Shown: in pieces, positions 50,925 through 60,941 of the stretch
How the letters are laid out: the number at the start of each line of letters is the position of its first letter
How positions within the stretch are numbered: the stretch's first letter is position 1
Source of the DNA: Synechococcus sp.
GTDB taxonomy: Bacteria > Cyanobacteriota > Cyanobacteriia > Thermostichales > PCC-7336
NCBI GenBank assembly: GCA_051439605.1
Contig: JBFRWN010000043.1
Coordinates: 1-63,890, forward strand
Reading direction: 5' to 3'
DNA length: 63,890 nt
Made by a program: the position numbers and the translations under genes
Notes under the pieces: model-generated
Told to the model about the DNA's origin: nothing
The model's input: the letters and a program-made list of their open reading frames with translations, nothing else
Database searches by the model: none

Positions 50925-51872
50925 TTAGTTTCCGACAACTTGAGCAGAATTCTTCCGAACAAATACTTCCCAGCCGCCGACCCATTTGTACCTTCGGCCA
51001 AATAAATACCAGGGAGATTTTAAAATATAAGCTGCAATTGTTCTTAGGAAATGTTTTTTAAGTGTAGTTTCGACTATTGATGGTTTGCTTGCCAGAATCT
51101 GAAAGTCGCTACTTGATAAACTCTTCTTGAAATACGTTTCCCAAAAGTCTTGCCCAAGATCGTGAATATGTCCTGGAAAGGTAAAGTCCCATTTTATTCC
51201 GATGAGACTACAAAGTTTTATTAGAGGAAGCACGTAAGGTGTGCGTGCATAGAAAATCCCCCCATGTTCAAGATGGTTCAATAAACTAGAAAGTGCTTGT
51301 TGAGGTTTTGGAAGATGTTCTATTATTGCACTTGCAATGACAATGTTATAAAGAGAATCGACGTCTTCAAGTGCAGATAATTTATTGATTAAAATACGGC
51401 TATCCTTAGATAAGATCTTCTTGTCATCATAGTCAATGATTGTTATGTTTACAGAACCGAACCCTTTTTTCAAAAATTGCATGGCTAGCCCATAAGAAAT
51501 GGAGCCATCACCTCCGCCAAAGTCTAGTATTGAGACATGTGCTGCAGTTGGGTATCTAAGAATTCTATCAGCCAGATGCTTGGCGAAACGTTGATAATCA
51601 TCGAAGGTAACATTTTCACGCGAGTCGGATTGTATTTGAGATTTGTAATAACTACCGTAGTATGCTTGTAAGGCTTTATTTGTAGGAATCCTGGAAGCAC
51701 TCGCAGCATTGCAAATTGTACATTTTAGTAAAAGCACCCGAGGATTATCCTGTAAGACAAAAACAGGTTCTCGGTTTCTGGAACCACAGAACGGACAGTC
51801 TGAATTCGGTGGTTCTAGTTGGTCGTTATCCAAATGCAATGATTTATGAAAAGCTGTAGAGTTTATCTCCAT
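50925..51872 (-). CDS. Class I SAM-dependent methyltransferase with Zn-ribbon N-terminus
   Basis: CPFCG..C..C; ILDFGGGDG; IIEHL..P. Confidence 0.85.
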   Translation of the reverse strand: MEINSTAFHKSLHLDNDQLEPPNSDCPFCGSRNREPVFVLQDNPRVLLLKCTICNAASASRIPTNKALQAYYGSYYKSQIQSDSRENVTFDDYQRFAKHLADRILRYPTAAHVSILDFGGGDGSISYGLAMQFLKKGFGSVNITIIDYDDKKILSKDSRILINKLSALEDVDSLYNIVIASAIIEHLPKPQQALSSLLNHLEHGGIFYARTPYVLPLIKLCSLIGIKWDFTFPGHIHDLGQDFWETYFKKSLSSSDFQILASKPSIVETTLKKHFLRTIAAYILKSPWYLFGRRYKWVGGWEVFVRKNSAQVVGN

Positions 51873-51959
51873 TTTGATTCTCACGTGAGTTAATTTGCCA
51901 CACTAGTCCTTGATTAGATGTACCCATGCTGTCTAACGCTCCTTTGTCGGGTGATGATG

Positions 51960-52054
51960 CGGAAACTTTCCGTATAAAATCCCAATTTAAGGGTTTTGTA
52001 GGACAGGTTTTTGAATAGTATCTCTGAACTGGCTGTTTTGGTGGAAACTTTCCA
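51960..52054. promoter_or_regulatory. Two 13-bp palindromes NGGAAACTTTCCN upstream of the methyltransferase gene
   Basis: CGGAAACTTTCCG (51960-51972) and TGGAAACTTTCCA (52042-52054). Confidence 0.45.
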
Positions 52055-52392
52055 TACATTTTCTGTCGGCACGCGATGTTTATCCACCTGACATTCCTAT
52101 ACAGGCTTTTTGTCCGGAAGGAAGGCCTAGTTCAATCCTGGGTACAATCCGAGAGGCGTTACGGAGAAAATCACCAATCTTTCCGTAAGGTTTGCGAACG
52201 GTGGAATTTGAGTGGAGATACTCAGCGGTTGGTGTGTTCCGGTGCGATCGCAAAGAATGCCCCAAGACTATTCAGTTGCCTCCAGGTTGCCTCCACCTAG
52301 ACAACAGCGGTTGGCCGTGGAGAGGTTATCTAATACTGAACCCCTCAGTCACATAGCCAACAAACACGAGTCCAGTCTCAAGTTCCCACATT

Positions 52393-52424
52393 AACAAAAT
52401 ATTATTTTGAAATAATATTTTGTT
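52393..52424. repeat. Perfect 15-bp AT-rich inverted repeat just after the epimerase stop
   Basis: AACAAAATATTATTT-tg-AAATAATATTTTGTT. Confidence 0.8.
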
Positions 52425-52429
52425 GGAAT

Positions 52430-53419
52430 CTATTTTTCTAGCAAGCCCTGGCGGTGTTGTTCCAGTAACCAGCGATAGGTGCGTTCGAGTCCTATGTCGA
52501 AGGGCGTTTGTGGCTGCCAGCGCAACTCTTGCTTTGCGAGGGTCACATCCAAAATGCTTTTACTGACATCCGCAGATCTTCCTGGCTTATAGGTGCATTT
52601 TATAGGACTTCCCAATAGGGTTTTGATACAGGCGACGACCTCATTGATGCTTCGGCCTTCACCACTACCGATGTTGAAAATACGGTGTTGTCCCCGATAA
52701 GTTGCAGCTCGAACAAGCGCATCGATGACATCGTCAATAAAAATAAAATCCCTCACCACTTCGCCATCGCCCCAAATGGTTAGGGGCTGACCCAGCACCG
52801 CTTGCTTTAGGAATGCAGCCACAACGCCCTGGTTCTTTCGGGAATGTTGACCTATACCAAAGGGATTGCTGAGTCTCAAGATGGTGTAATCGAGGTTGTA
52901 GAGGTGGTGGAACAGATTCAGATATTTTTCGATTGCAAGTTTGATGATGCCGTAGCTACAAATGGGTGAGGTATCGGCATTTTCGGGGGTAGGGACATCA
53001 ACTCCTGGGCCATAAATGCCTCCACCGGTGGATAAGAACACGATCTTGCTTACACCCAATTCCCGACAGGATTCTAGCAAGTGTAAGGTGCTTAGCAGAT
53101 TGGTTTGTGCGTCATCTACCTTGTTGATATTCGAGGCTGCGGGGGTGGTAGTGCTAATGGCATGAAAGACAATGTCGGTTTGCTCAAGTACCTGAGCCAG
53201 TTTAGAAACATCGGCAAAATCGCCTCTGATAAAGGGCACGCCTGCGAGTAAGTCAGGAAAGGATCGAGATCGTCCGAAAGCCTTAACTTTTGCCCCTTCC
53301 CTCAACAACCTTTGACAGAGTGCAGTGCCAATAAAGCCTCCGCCACCCAATACCATACAGGTTTGACCGGCTACTGATGGCACTTTTTGGCATTCGGAAG
53401 GAGGGTGAGAAGCTGACAT
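52430..53419 (-). CDS. NAD-dependent epimerase/dehydratase (extended SDR)
   Basis: GGGGFIG, YGIIK (YxxxK), WGDG..VRDFIFIDD. Confidence 0.93.
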   Translation of the reverse strand: MSASHPPSECQKVPSVAGQTCMVLGGGGFIGTALCQRLLREGAKVKAFGRSRSFPDLLAGVPFIRGDFADVSKLAQVLEQTDIVFHAISTTTPAASNINKVDDAQTNLLSTLHLLESCRELGVSKIVFLSTGGGIYGPGVDVPTPENADTSPICSYGIIKLAIEKYLNLFHHLYNLDYTILRLSNPFGIGQHSRKNQGVVAAFLKQAVLGQPLTIWGDGEVVRDFIFIDDVIDALVRAATYRGQHRIFNIGSGEGRSINEVVACIKTLLGSPIKCTYKPGRSADVSKSILDVTLAKQELRWQPQTPFDIGLERTYRWLLEQHRQGLLEK

Positions 53420-53514
53420 ATCGAAACACCATAACTCTGAAATAAGAGGAGCGGGAGGTGCAGAGTATTACTTTGTCTAAGGGGATCGAGATGCACATCT
53501 GGCAGGAGCAACAG

Positions 53515-54261
53515 CTACGCAGCTTGTTGCAGGTGTTCGCAGGTGTCAAGCAAGTCAGCCAAGTGGTTGGCAACAGTCTGAGACTTGCACAGTAAAAAGG
53601 CGCGATCGTCGATTCCTGTAGCTGGGTCGTTACCAATACAGGTCAGTAGAGCTGCATTGGGTAATTCTGCTTTTAGCAGATCGATGATATCGATACCGTA
53701 GAGGCGGTAGTGACCGTGTTGTTTTTCATCGGGATAGCCCCAATCTGTTGTTTTGCTGCGCTGATGAGGGTTAGGTACAGACAGAAACACAAATCCTCGA
53801 TCGCTGACAATGCGAAATAACTCGCGCAGGGCCTGACGATCGTCGTTGATGTGCTCGAGGACGTGGTTACAAATCACGACATCGTAAGCACTGTCCGCGC
53901 GCTCAATGTTTTCTAGATCGATGGAATTCTGTCCACCATAAATCGAAATCTCGTGTTTTCCGAACCAATCAGGTTTGACTGAGGGATCGCGACTAATTTG
54001 AAGGGCGCTGAGTTTGCTGAGACCAAAGGCTTGCAGCTGCGTGAATAGATTGCGAATGACTCGATGGCGTTCTAGGGACTGACAGCTAGAACATTGAGGG
54101 AGTTTGCCAGAACTGCTGAGACGGCCGCCCGGGCCGTAGCCAAACTTACTATTACCGCAGATGTTGCAACGTGGGGATAGATCGCTCGGTGATGAGGACT
54201 CGTTTTTGAAGCCGAGCATCTCAAGAAACCGTGCAAAAGGTTGATTGCGATTTTGGGTCAC
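53515..54261 (-). CDS. Methyltransferase-domain protein with Zn ribbon
   Basis: CNICG..CSSCQSLERHR; YDVVICNHVLEHI; HYRLYG; GTGA overlap with the upstream gene. Confidence 0.85.
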   Translation of the reverse strand: MTQNRNQPFARFLEMLGFKNESSSPSDLSPRCNICGNSKFGYGPGGRLSSSGKLPQCSSCQSLERHRVIRNLFTQLQAFGLSKLSALQISRDPSVKPDWFGKHEISIYGGQNSIDLENIERADSAYDVVICNHVLEHINDDRQALRELFRIVSDRGFVFLSVPNPHQRSKTTDWGYPDEKQHGHYRLYGIDIIDLLKAELPNAALLTCIGNDPATGIDDRAFLLCKSQTVANHLADLLDTCEHLQQAA

Positions 54262-57200
54262 GAATTTTTCTCCATTGAGATATGGATATTCTCGAGGTCG
54301 ATAGTGTTGTTCTGAAAGGACTCATTCTCGGGAGTACGCTCCCACACAAAGATAGGGTTTAAGCCATAATCAACCACATTGCTGATATAGGGGAGGTAAG
54401 AAGACTGAAATCCCAAGTTGAGAGCTGTGCGATCGAAAACAGCACTATCGACGGTTGCCAGGGAATCGTTGTCGAGGGCGAAGATTGCTACACCGGTCTT
54501 TGTTAAGACACGAGGAAGCCACTTTGCAATAGTCTTAGGTTCGAACAGGCTGATAGGCACATCTGTCAGAACCAAGACGTCGAAAGGCGCTTCCCCTAAT
54601 TCAGGCAGGCCTTTGACCAGAGGAAGGGGGGTGTTAATGTGCACCTCTTGCACATCGAACATAGACCGACAAACTTTAACAAGCGAGTCATCAGGTAACC
54701 ACAGCCCCAAGCGAGCCTGACGATAGATGTAGGGACTCTGGGCCAAGAAGCGATAAACAGCTCTGCTGAACCCTGTCGATCGACAGTTCGGACAGGTGAA
54801 GCCACGTCGGTTTGAGGAGGCTATTTCTCGACCGCGCCAACCGCAAATATTGCACAGTTGGCCACGTGCTTGGACACACCAGTCAACTATCTCGGCTTCG
54901 GACTCATTCAAAACGGGGTGTACGGCTGCTACTCCTTCATCTAAAAAGGCCAACATGCCGGGTCGGGTTTTGTTGGAGAGCACGATCGCACTTTCGATAT
55001 TCCCCAGTTCCCAACCTTCGCTCTCCAAGAAATAGCTGTACTCTACATCCATGTGGTGCTGAGGAAGCTTGGGGTTAAAACCTCCGAGCTTTTCGTAGAC
55101 TGAACGCCGCAGGATAAATAAACCGCCCTGCACGTGTCGGAAAATGCGATCGGAGTGGGTACGAGCAAATTCGGGGTTACGTACTGAATTAAACCAAGGC
55201 TGAGTCGTATAATCCCTGCCTGTTGCCCAAGCAGGAGAAGAGACAAGTTGACCTGCTAAAGCGACGCGCTCGTGAGAACGCATATAGCTCAAAAGTTCAC
55301 GCTCCCATCCAGGTTTAGTGACGTAGCCCTCATTACTGCAGATGTAAATGACAAACTCGCTCCGTGCCAGTTTGAGGGCAATGTTGGAGGCTGGACCGCA
55401 ATAGAGATTGCTCGTCAGCTCAATCAGGCGAATTGAGGGATAACGGGTTGCTAGCTGGCGCAATTGTTGCACGAAGTCTGGATCGCTAGCATTATCTACA
55501 ATGGTCAGGACAAAGGGTGTTGTTGTGTATTTGCAAACGCGCTCGATGATGCGACAGGTTGCGGCCGGATTGCCGCTCCGGTCGCGGCAGTAAGTCACCA
55601 TAAATAAGTCGAGTGCCGGTCGAGCGATGACATCTAACAAAGCTTCGCAAGTGTTCTCTGTGCCAACCCGCTCGTTCATGATATTGCTTGAGGTTTCTGC
55701 AATTCGGGCCAGATGAAGCGGGGGCATTGTGAGGATTTGGCGTAGTTGTGCTGCCAGAGCAGTACTGTTGCGTGGAGGAACGAGAAAACCCGAGATACCG
55801 TGACGAATGAAGTCAGGGATGGCTGAGACAGTTGTCCCCACAACGGGAACTCCCGCATCCATTGCATGGAAAAAGACAGTGGGCATGCCGTCGATGTCGC
55901 CATTTTCTGCTTCCACGCAGGGCAGCACAAACAAGTCAGCTTGCGAGAAAGCTTCTTGAAGGGCTGTTTTCCCCTTTAATGCTCCGTGAAGGGTGATATG
56001 GGTGAGACCGCGCTCGGCAATGAATTGACGAAACTCTTCCTCTAGGGGACCGTAACCGTAGATATGAAACTCCATTTCGTGGGGTTGAATCTCGCCTGCA
56101 GCATCCAACAAGTAGATCAAGCCTTTTTTCTCAATGAAGCGTGCGACGGAGATGACCCGTAAAGGAAGGGACTGAGATAGGGGCTTCAGACTCCTAGCTT
56201 GACTGACTTCATACTGATCTGCAGTCTCGTGGCGATCGACTGCCTGGGCAAACATGATGATTTTGCTGGGCGGAACTCCGTTATCGATCAGAAAACGGCG
56301 GTGATGGTCTCCGTACACCATTATTTTGCGGCACTCGTCACATCGGCCAATTTCACCCAGTTTGTTTCGCTTGCGATTTTGGTGGTGAAATAGATCGACT
56401 GCATGAGGCATAAACGAAAAGGAGATCCCAGTTTTGCGGGCAGCTGGGTAGACTATTTCGGTCACAGTGGGATACACGAAATGGCTGTGACACCAGTTGC
56501 GATCGTGCTCTACGAGCAGGTGAGCGAGTTGTTCTGAATTATTGACTCGATAAATTTCAACCTTGAAGTCTAAATCCGCTTTCTTTTCTGGATCGATAAC
56601 GTGGTAGACCTTGATGTCGTACCCCCGTTCAATCAGAAAGCGCATTTCAGCATGAACGAACGTTTGGGTTAAAGCAGGAAAATCCCAGATCACATATGCC
56701 AGACGAAGGGGTTGCTGGCCGGAGCGAATTAAATCCCACTGATGTTTGCGTAGGACAAGACTGCGATTGGGTTCAAGTGTTTCGGTAAAGGTAATGTTAT
56801 TCAGCTGCTTGCTGAGGTAGTAGTCTGCCATGACTACATTGGAAAACCGAGGTGGATAGAGGTTGGTATAACGGGCGATTAAATCCCAATCCACCAGTCG
56901 TTTCAGCTTTTCATCGAAACAACCTAATTGATGATAGAGATGGCGATCGTGGGCGAAGACGTTAAGGTCGATAAAGTTACTGTCCATCAGTCGAGGCCAA
57001 CTGAAGGTTTGGTTACGGATGAAGGTCCGCTTCTCAGCACGATCGTGGACCTGCAGTGCAGCATAATGGGTGCGGTGAGATGGATCGGCAACAAAGTTCG
57101 CACCCATTAGGAGCAAATAGTCTTCTCTCCATATGTTGTCGCTATCGAGATAGGCAATCCAGTCTCCAGTGGCTGCCTGCAGGGCATGGTTACGGGCGGC

Positions 57201-59159
57201 ACTAACCCCTTGTCTGGTATCGCTGCGGAGGTAGCGAATCTGTCCCGATTTTATGGCTTCGGCATACGTAGATTCCACCCAGGATTGTGTACCGTCGTTA
57301 CTGCCGTCGTCGGCAACCAAGAGCTCGAAATGTGGATAGGATTGCGACAAGACCGAGTCAATTGCTTTTCCAATGTTCTGACGGCGATTCCAAGTAGGCA
57401 TCACAATTGAGAATTTTCGCTCGCAGCCTGCGAGGAGTTCTTGTGCTCGTGCTTTGTCGCGATCGCTAAAGGTTAACATTGCCGCTGTAGAAGCTGCAGT
57501 TTTTGAATCCCCAAACACAAGCCCGAAATTGGCGTTAGGTGAGGGTTGACAGCCTTTGGCGGCACCAACCTCGATGTAATGAAATAAAGGATTGACACCG
57601 GAGTGTCGTACATCTGGATTGCTATTCAGGTAGAAAGCTGTGTCGAATAAAGGACCGGGATTGCGGCCTTCGGCAGCACCTAAGTCAATATAGTGACCCA
57701 ATGGGTCAAAGCCGGAGCGCTGGACATCGGGATACTTGGTGAGGTAGTAGGAAGCATCGAACAAACCGCTGCGGCCAATTGTGCGGGCAACGCGACGACG
57801 GTGCAGTCGGTAGGGGAGTTGTAGCGTTATAGTCCAATACAATAACTTGATGCCGCGAAAGACAGGTGATTTTTTCATTGCATAGGTTAGCTGTGTCGCA
57901 GTCCGCAGCAACTTTGTCAGATTCCACGACAGAGAATTGCTTAGGCCTGTAGGTAATTTTTTCAGTGCATGGGCTGGCTTGGCCGCAATACGCAGTACAT
58001 TTGTTAGCCTCCACGACAGAGAATTGCGCATTGCAGAGAGTTCCAAGTCTCGAACTTCAATCGCCTTGGCCAGTCGAGCAATCTCAAAATCGCGTTTGAT
58101 GATGGCCTGCGATAAGCGATCGTTCTTCACCTCTTGCCGCTCAATGGCTTTATCCCGCCGCTCAATGGCTTTGTTGAGGCGATCGGATTCCCGTTCCCTA
58201 TTGATGAGGGTTTTTTGGAGGCGTTCGCGTTCAAGGTTCCAAGCTGCTTCCCCGCGACTAATCAAGATAGGCCGATAAGCTCGATCTGCTTCAACAAATG
58301 CAGCATGAATATCATCCAGTTCTTTCGTATCGGCCGTCTCTCCGCGACTGGCACGCAAGGACCAATTGTAGGCGTCGATAATCCACTGGGTTACTTCTTC
58401 GTTCAGGGTCAATTCTGAAGGAGATTTACAATTGTGGCGTCGAGAGGGCTGCAAAAATTGGTCGATTTCAGCTGCTGCAACCTCGTCAGGCTCTAATTTC
58501 ATATCGAGATCGAACGCAATGCGAGCGACTGTTTTGCGCCAATCTGCCAATAATTCATCAAACGTGACAAAGCTGCGGCGGCAGTTGCGGGTATGCCGCT
58601 CAGCGGCAAGAAAGTGCTGCAGCCAGAGCAGCAGAGATGTGGCAAGGTCTAGTCCATCCCGACTCTTTAACGAATCCGCAACTTCAAGAGGATGCCGGAT
58701 GGGCAAGACGGCCTTAATCTCTGCACCAAAATCCTCTAAGACAGACCTCCAGAAGGGGACCAGCCTGCAGATGCGCGGATCTTTGAGTACAAACAATCGG
58801 GCATCGCCAAAATCTTGTTGAAGGGCTGTCAACATTTGATTGTGGAAGGAAATGCCGTCGGGAGACTCAAACCAATTGGATGGCAACTCGGAAAAGTCGT
58901 ACCATGCCGATCCCATTTTCAGAAGTAGGTTGTCGTGGAGGGAAGCAATCTCTGCTGATTCCCAAAATCCTGCCTCGTTGTTATTGGCGACGGGATTCAT
59001 TAGCCGTTGTGGAAGTGTAGCTCCACATAAACCCAAAACCCTTGTGAGGGCTGATGTCCCGCTACGATGCATCCCCAACACTAGCAAGGCACAGCGGGTG
59101 TTACTGCTGTTTCCAGATTTGCGATCTGAAGAAGCAGAAGAAGGAGTTGAGAGGGGCAT
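54258..59159 (-). CDS. Multidomain glycan synthase: sulfotransferase + coiled coil + FDxxYYL repeats + GT2 + GT4 + GT2-like + Zn-ribbon/methyltransferase-like domain
   Basis: LGMHRSGTS and KDPR (sulfotransferase); FSIVMPTWNR, DDGS and YLDSD (GT2); ARFIEKKG and DGMP (GT4); IVDNAS (GT2); CNICG..CPNC. Confidence 0.88.
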   Translation of the reverse strand: MPLSTPSSASSDRKSGNSSNTRCALLVLGMHRSGTSALTRVLGLCGATLPQRLMNPVANNNEAGFWESAEIASLHDNLLLKMGSAWYDFSELPSNWFESPDGISFHNQMLTALQQDFGDARLFVLKDPRICRLVPFWRSVLEDFGAEIKAVLPIRHPLEVADSLKSRDGLDLATSLLLWLQHFLAAERHTRNCRRSFVTFDELLADWRKTVARIAFDLDMKLEPDEVAAAEIDQFLQPSRRHNCKSPSELTLNEEVTQWIIDAYNWSLRASRGETADTKELDDIHAAFVEADRAYRPILISRGEAAWNLERERLQKTLINRERESDRLNKAIERRDKAIERQEVKNDRLSQAIIKRDFEIARLAKAIEVRDLELSAMRNSLSWRLTNVLRIAAKPAHALKKLPTGLSNSLSWNLTKLLRTATQLTYAMKKSPVFRGIKLLYWTITLQLPYRLHRRRVARTIGRSGLFDASYYLTKYPDVQRSGFDPLGHYIDLGAAEGRNPGPLFDTAFYLNSNPDVRHSGVNPLFHYIEVGAAKGCQPSPNANFGLVFGDSKTAASTAAMLTFSDRDKARAQELLAGCERKFSIVMPTWNRRQNIGKAIDSVLSQSYPHFELLVADDGSNDGTQSWVESTYAEAIKSGQIRYLRSDTRQGVSAARNHALQAATGDWIAYLDSDNIWREDYLLLMGANFVADPSHRTHYAALQVHDRAEKRTFIRNQTFSWPRLMDSNFIDLNVFAHDRHLYHQLGCFDEKLKRLVDWDLIARYTNLYPPRFSNVVMADYYLSKQLNNITFTETLEPNRSLVLRKHQWDLIRSGQQPLRLAYVIWDFPALTQTFVHAEMRFLIERGYDIKVYHVIDPEKKADLDFKVEIYRVNNSEQLAHLLVEHDRNWCHSHFVYPTVTEIVYPAARKTGISFSFMPHAVDLFHHQNRKRNKLGEIGRCDECRKIMVYGDHHRRFLIDNGVPPSKIIMFAQAVDRHETADQYEVSQARSLKPLSQSLPLRVISVARFIEKKGLIYLLDAAGEIQPHEMEFHIYGYGPLEEEFRQFIAERGLTHITLHGALKGKTALQEAFSQADLFVLPCVEAENGDIDGMPTVFFHAMDAGVPVVGTTVSAIPDFIRHGISGFLVPPRNSTALAAQLRQILTMPPLHLARIAETSSNIMNERVGTENTCEALLDVIARPALDLFMVTYCRDRSGNPAATCRIIERVCKYTTTPFVLTIVDNASDPDFVQQLRQLATRYPSIRLIELTSNLYCGPASNIALKLARSEFVIYICSNEGYVTKPGWERELLSYMRSHERVALAGQLVSSPAWATGRDYTTQPWFNSVRNPEFARTHSDRIFRHVQGGLFILRRSVYEKLGGFNPKLPQHHMDVEYSYFLESEGWELGNIESAIVLSNKTRPGMLAFLDEGVAAVHPVLNESEAEIVDWCVQARGQLCNICGWRGREIASSNRRGFTCPNCRSTGFSRAVYRFLAQSPYIYRQARLGLWLPDDSLVKVCRSMFDVQEVHINTPLPLVKGLPELGEAPFDVLVLTDVPISLFEPKTIAKWLPRVLTKTGVAIFALDNDSLATVDSAVFDRTALNLGFQSSYLPYISNVVDYGLNPIFVWERTPENESFQNNTIDLENIHISMEKNS

Positions 59160-59365
59160 AGGCAGGACGACTCTGTTGGGATGCGCTAAACTCAGGCGCT
59201 GAAACGGGCAATCAGCTAATTACTACTGATGCTACATAAGGAACGTCAATAGCGATGGTAACAAAACTTTGGCTACCTCACCGATCGCTCAAAATCCGAA
59301 TACAGCCAGCTGTTAAATGGTATTCGGCCCCTCGAAATATCTAATTATTTCAAATGCAATTTTCA

Positions 59366-60889
59366 TCAGCTCCGATCTTTAGTTTTGGGTGATATCTGCT
59401 CTAAGTGCAGATTTTCATCGCAGACTATTGCTGGTGGAGCTTTACGGTCTGCGCCCTCTAATTCACCCTCTACTGTTGTTATGGAAACGGGGTCACCACC
59501 CGAAAAATCTACATAGGAAGTAATCGTAGGTTCGGGACTAGGCTCGATCTTAAACATGACTGCGTCTAGGATGCGATGTAAGAAACCTTGTGTTTCTTTT
59601 GTGTTACCGGATACGCCAGCATTGAGAAAATAAGCTCCCGGCGCCAAATTAGCCTGAAAGGGAAATCTGACCTGCAGCACGCTTCCTCTCCCAACCCCCT
59701 TAATTTCCTTTCCTTGGGGGTGGGTGACTCGACCGCCCAATGCAACACCACTGATGGTTTTAATCAACATGCCGCAGCGTACGTTGGTTGCCTGCTGGTG
59801 AAATATCACCTCATATGCGTATATGTAGCGATTGCCTTGTTGGAGAAGATTTACAGGCTGATTGCGATCGTTGAGAATTCGGGCGTTTAAAATTTCAGCG
59901 CCGTTTGGTGTGTAGCGGACAGTGCTAGACGGCAGTAAATTTGGGTCGAATTCTACGCAGTCAGTCAATGTTGCTGCTGCGTCGTGGATTCGAGTCTCGG
60001 TATTGCTGACTTGGATATCTTCCAAAAGCGCAGCACGATTCGACTCTTTTGTGATCATCCCTTGGGTGTTGGGTGTGGGGCGATCGCTACGACCATTTTT
60101 CAAAATACCGTTACGAATGGCTTCATGTTGGTCTGAAGGAGCGTAAATCAGTTTCTGATATTCACTAACAACACCCTTTGGATCGCCTGTTAAAAGGCAC
60201 TCGCCCCGATCCATCAACACTGCGCGATCGCATAATTCTATAATTCGCCCCGCAGAGTGGGATACAAACAAAACCGTGCAACCTTGATTACGAATGGCAT
60301 CGAGACGAGCAAAACACTTGCGTTGAAATTTTTCGTCACCTACAGAAAGTGCCTCATCCACTACCAGTAAATCAGGTTCGACATTAATGGAAACGGCAAA
60401 AGCCAGCCGGACGTACATGCCGCTTGAATAGGATTTGACAGGTTGGTCAATAAAATCGCCAATGTCGGCAAAAGTTGCTATGTCTTCGTAACGCTCCTTC
60501 ACTTCAGAGCGACTCAGCCCCAGAATGGCACCATTGAGGAACACATTCTCTCGACCAGTAAACTCGGGGTTAAAACCCGATCCCAATTCAAGTAAAGCAG
60601 CAATTCGCCCCTGAACTTCTACGCTACCGCCGGTTGGTTGGAGAGTACCGCAAATCATCTGTAGCAAGGTAGATTTTCCCGAACCATTACGTCCGACGAT
60701 GCCGACCGTTTCGCCGCGCATTATATCGAGATTCACCCCTCTTACCGCCCAAAACTCCCGATAGAACTTGCGTTTCCCGCCCCATAAAAGCTGTTTGAGC
60801 CTATCCGAAGGCTGTTTGTACATGTGAAAGGCTTTGCTCAGCTCTTCAATGTGAATTACAATCTCGTTAGATTTAAAAGGTTTTTCCAT
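59366..60889 (-). CDS. wzt: ABC transporter ATP-binding protein Wzt with C-terminal carbohydrate-binding domain
   Basis: GRNGSGKST, YSSGMYVRLAF, DEALSVGD, VSH; Wzt_C-like tail (LAPGAYFL). Confidence 0.95.
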   Translation of the reverse strand: MEKPFKSNEIVIHIEELSKAFHMYKQPSDRLKQLLWGGKRKFYREFWAVRGVNLDIMRGETVGIVGRNGSGKSTLLQMICGTLQPTGGSVEVQGRIAALLELGSGFNPEFTGRENVFLNGAILGLSRSEVKERYEDIATFADIGDFIDQPVKSYSSGMYVRLAFAVSINVEPDLLVVDEALSVGDEKFQRKCFARLDAIRNQGCTVLFVSHSAGRIIELCDRAVLMDRGECLLTGDPKGVVSEYQKLIYAPSDQHEAIRNGILKNGRSDRPTPNTQGMITKESNRAALLEDIQVSNTETRIHDAAATLTDCVEFDPNLLPSSTVRYTPNGAEILNARILNDRNQPVNLLQQGNRYIYAYEVIFHQQATNVRCGMLIKTISGVALGGRVTHPQGKEIKGVGRGSVLQVRFPFQANLAPGAYFLNAGVSGNTKETQGFLHRILDAVMFKIEPSPEPTITSYVDFSGGDPVSITTVEGELEGADRKAPPAIVCDENLHLEQISPKTKDRS

Positions 60890-60941
60890 AAATACTTTTG
60901 TCGGTCAATTCAGAAACGATGCCTCTCAAACCATCTCTTTG

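Larger units (their letters stand above)
3206..60292. repeat. Dispersed HIP1 octamer GCGATCGC
   Basis: Many copies in core genes (e.g. chlH, 12.7-13.4 kb, 37.4-38.1 kb); none seen from about 38.1 to 47.9 kb. Confidence 0.9.
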
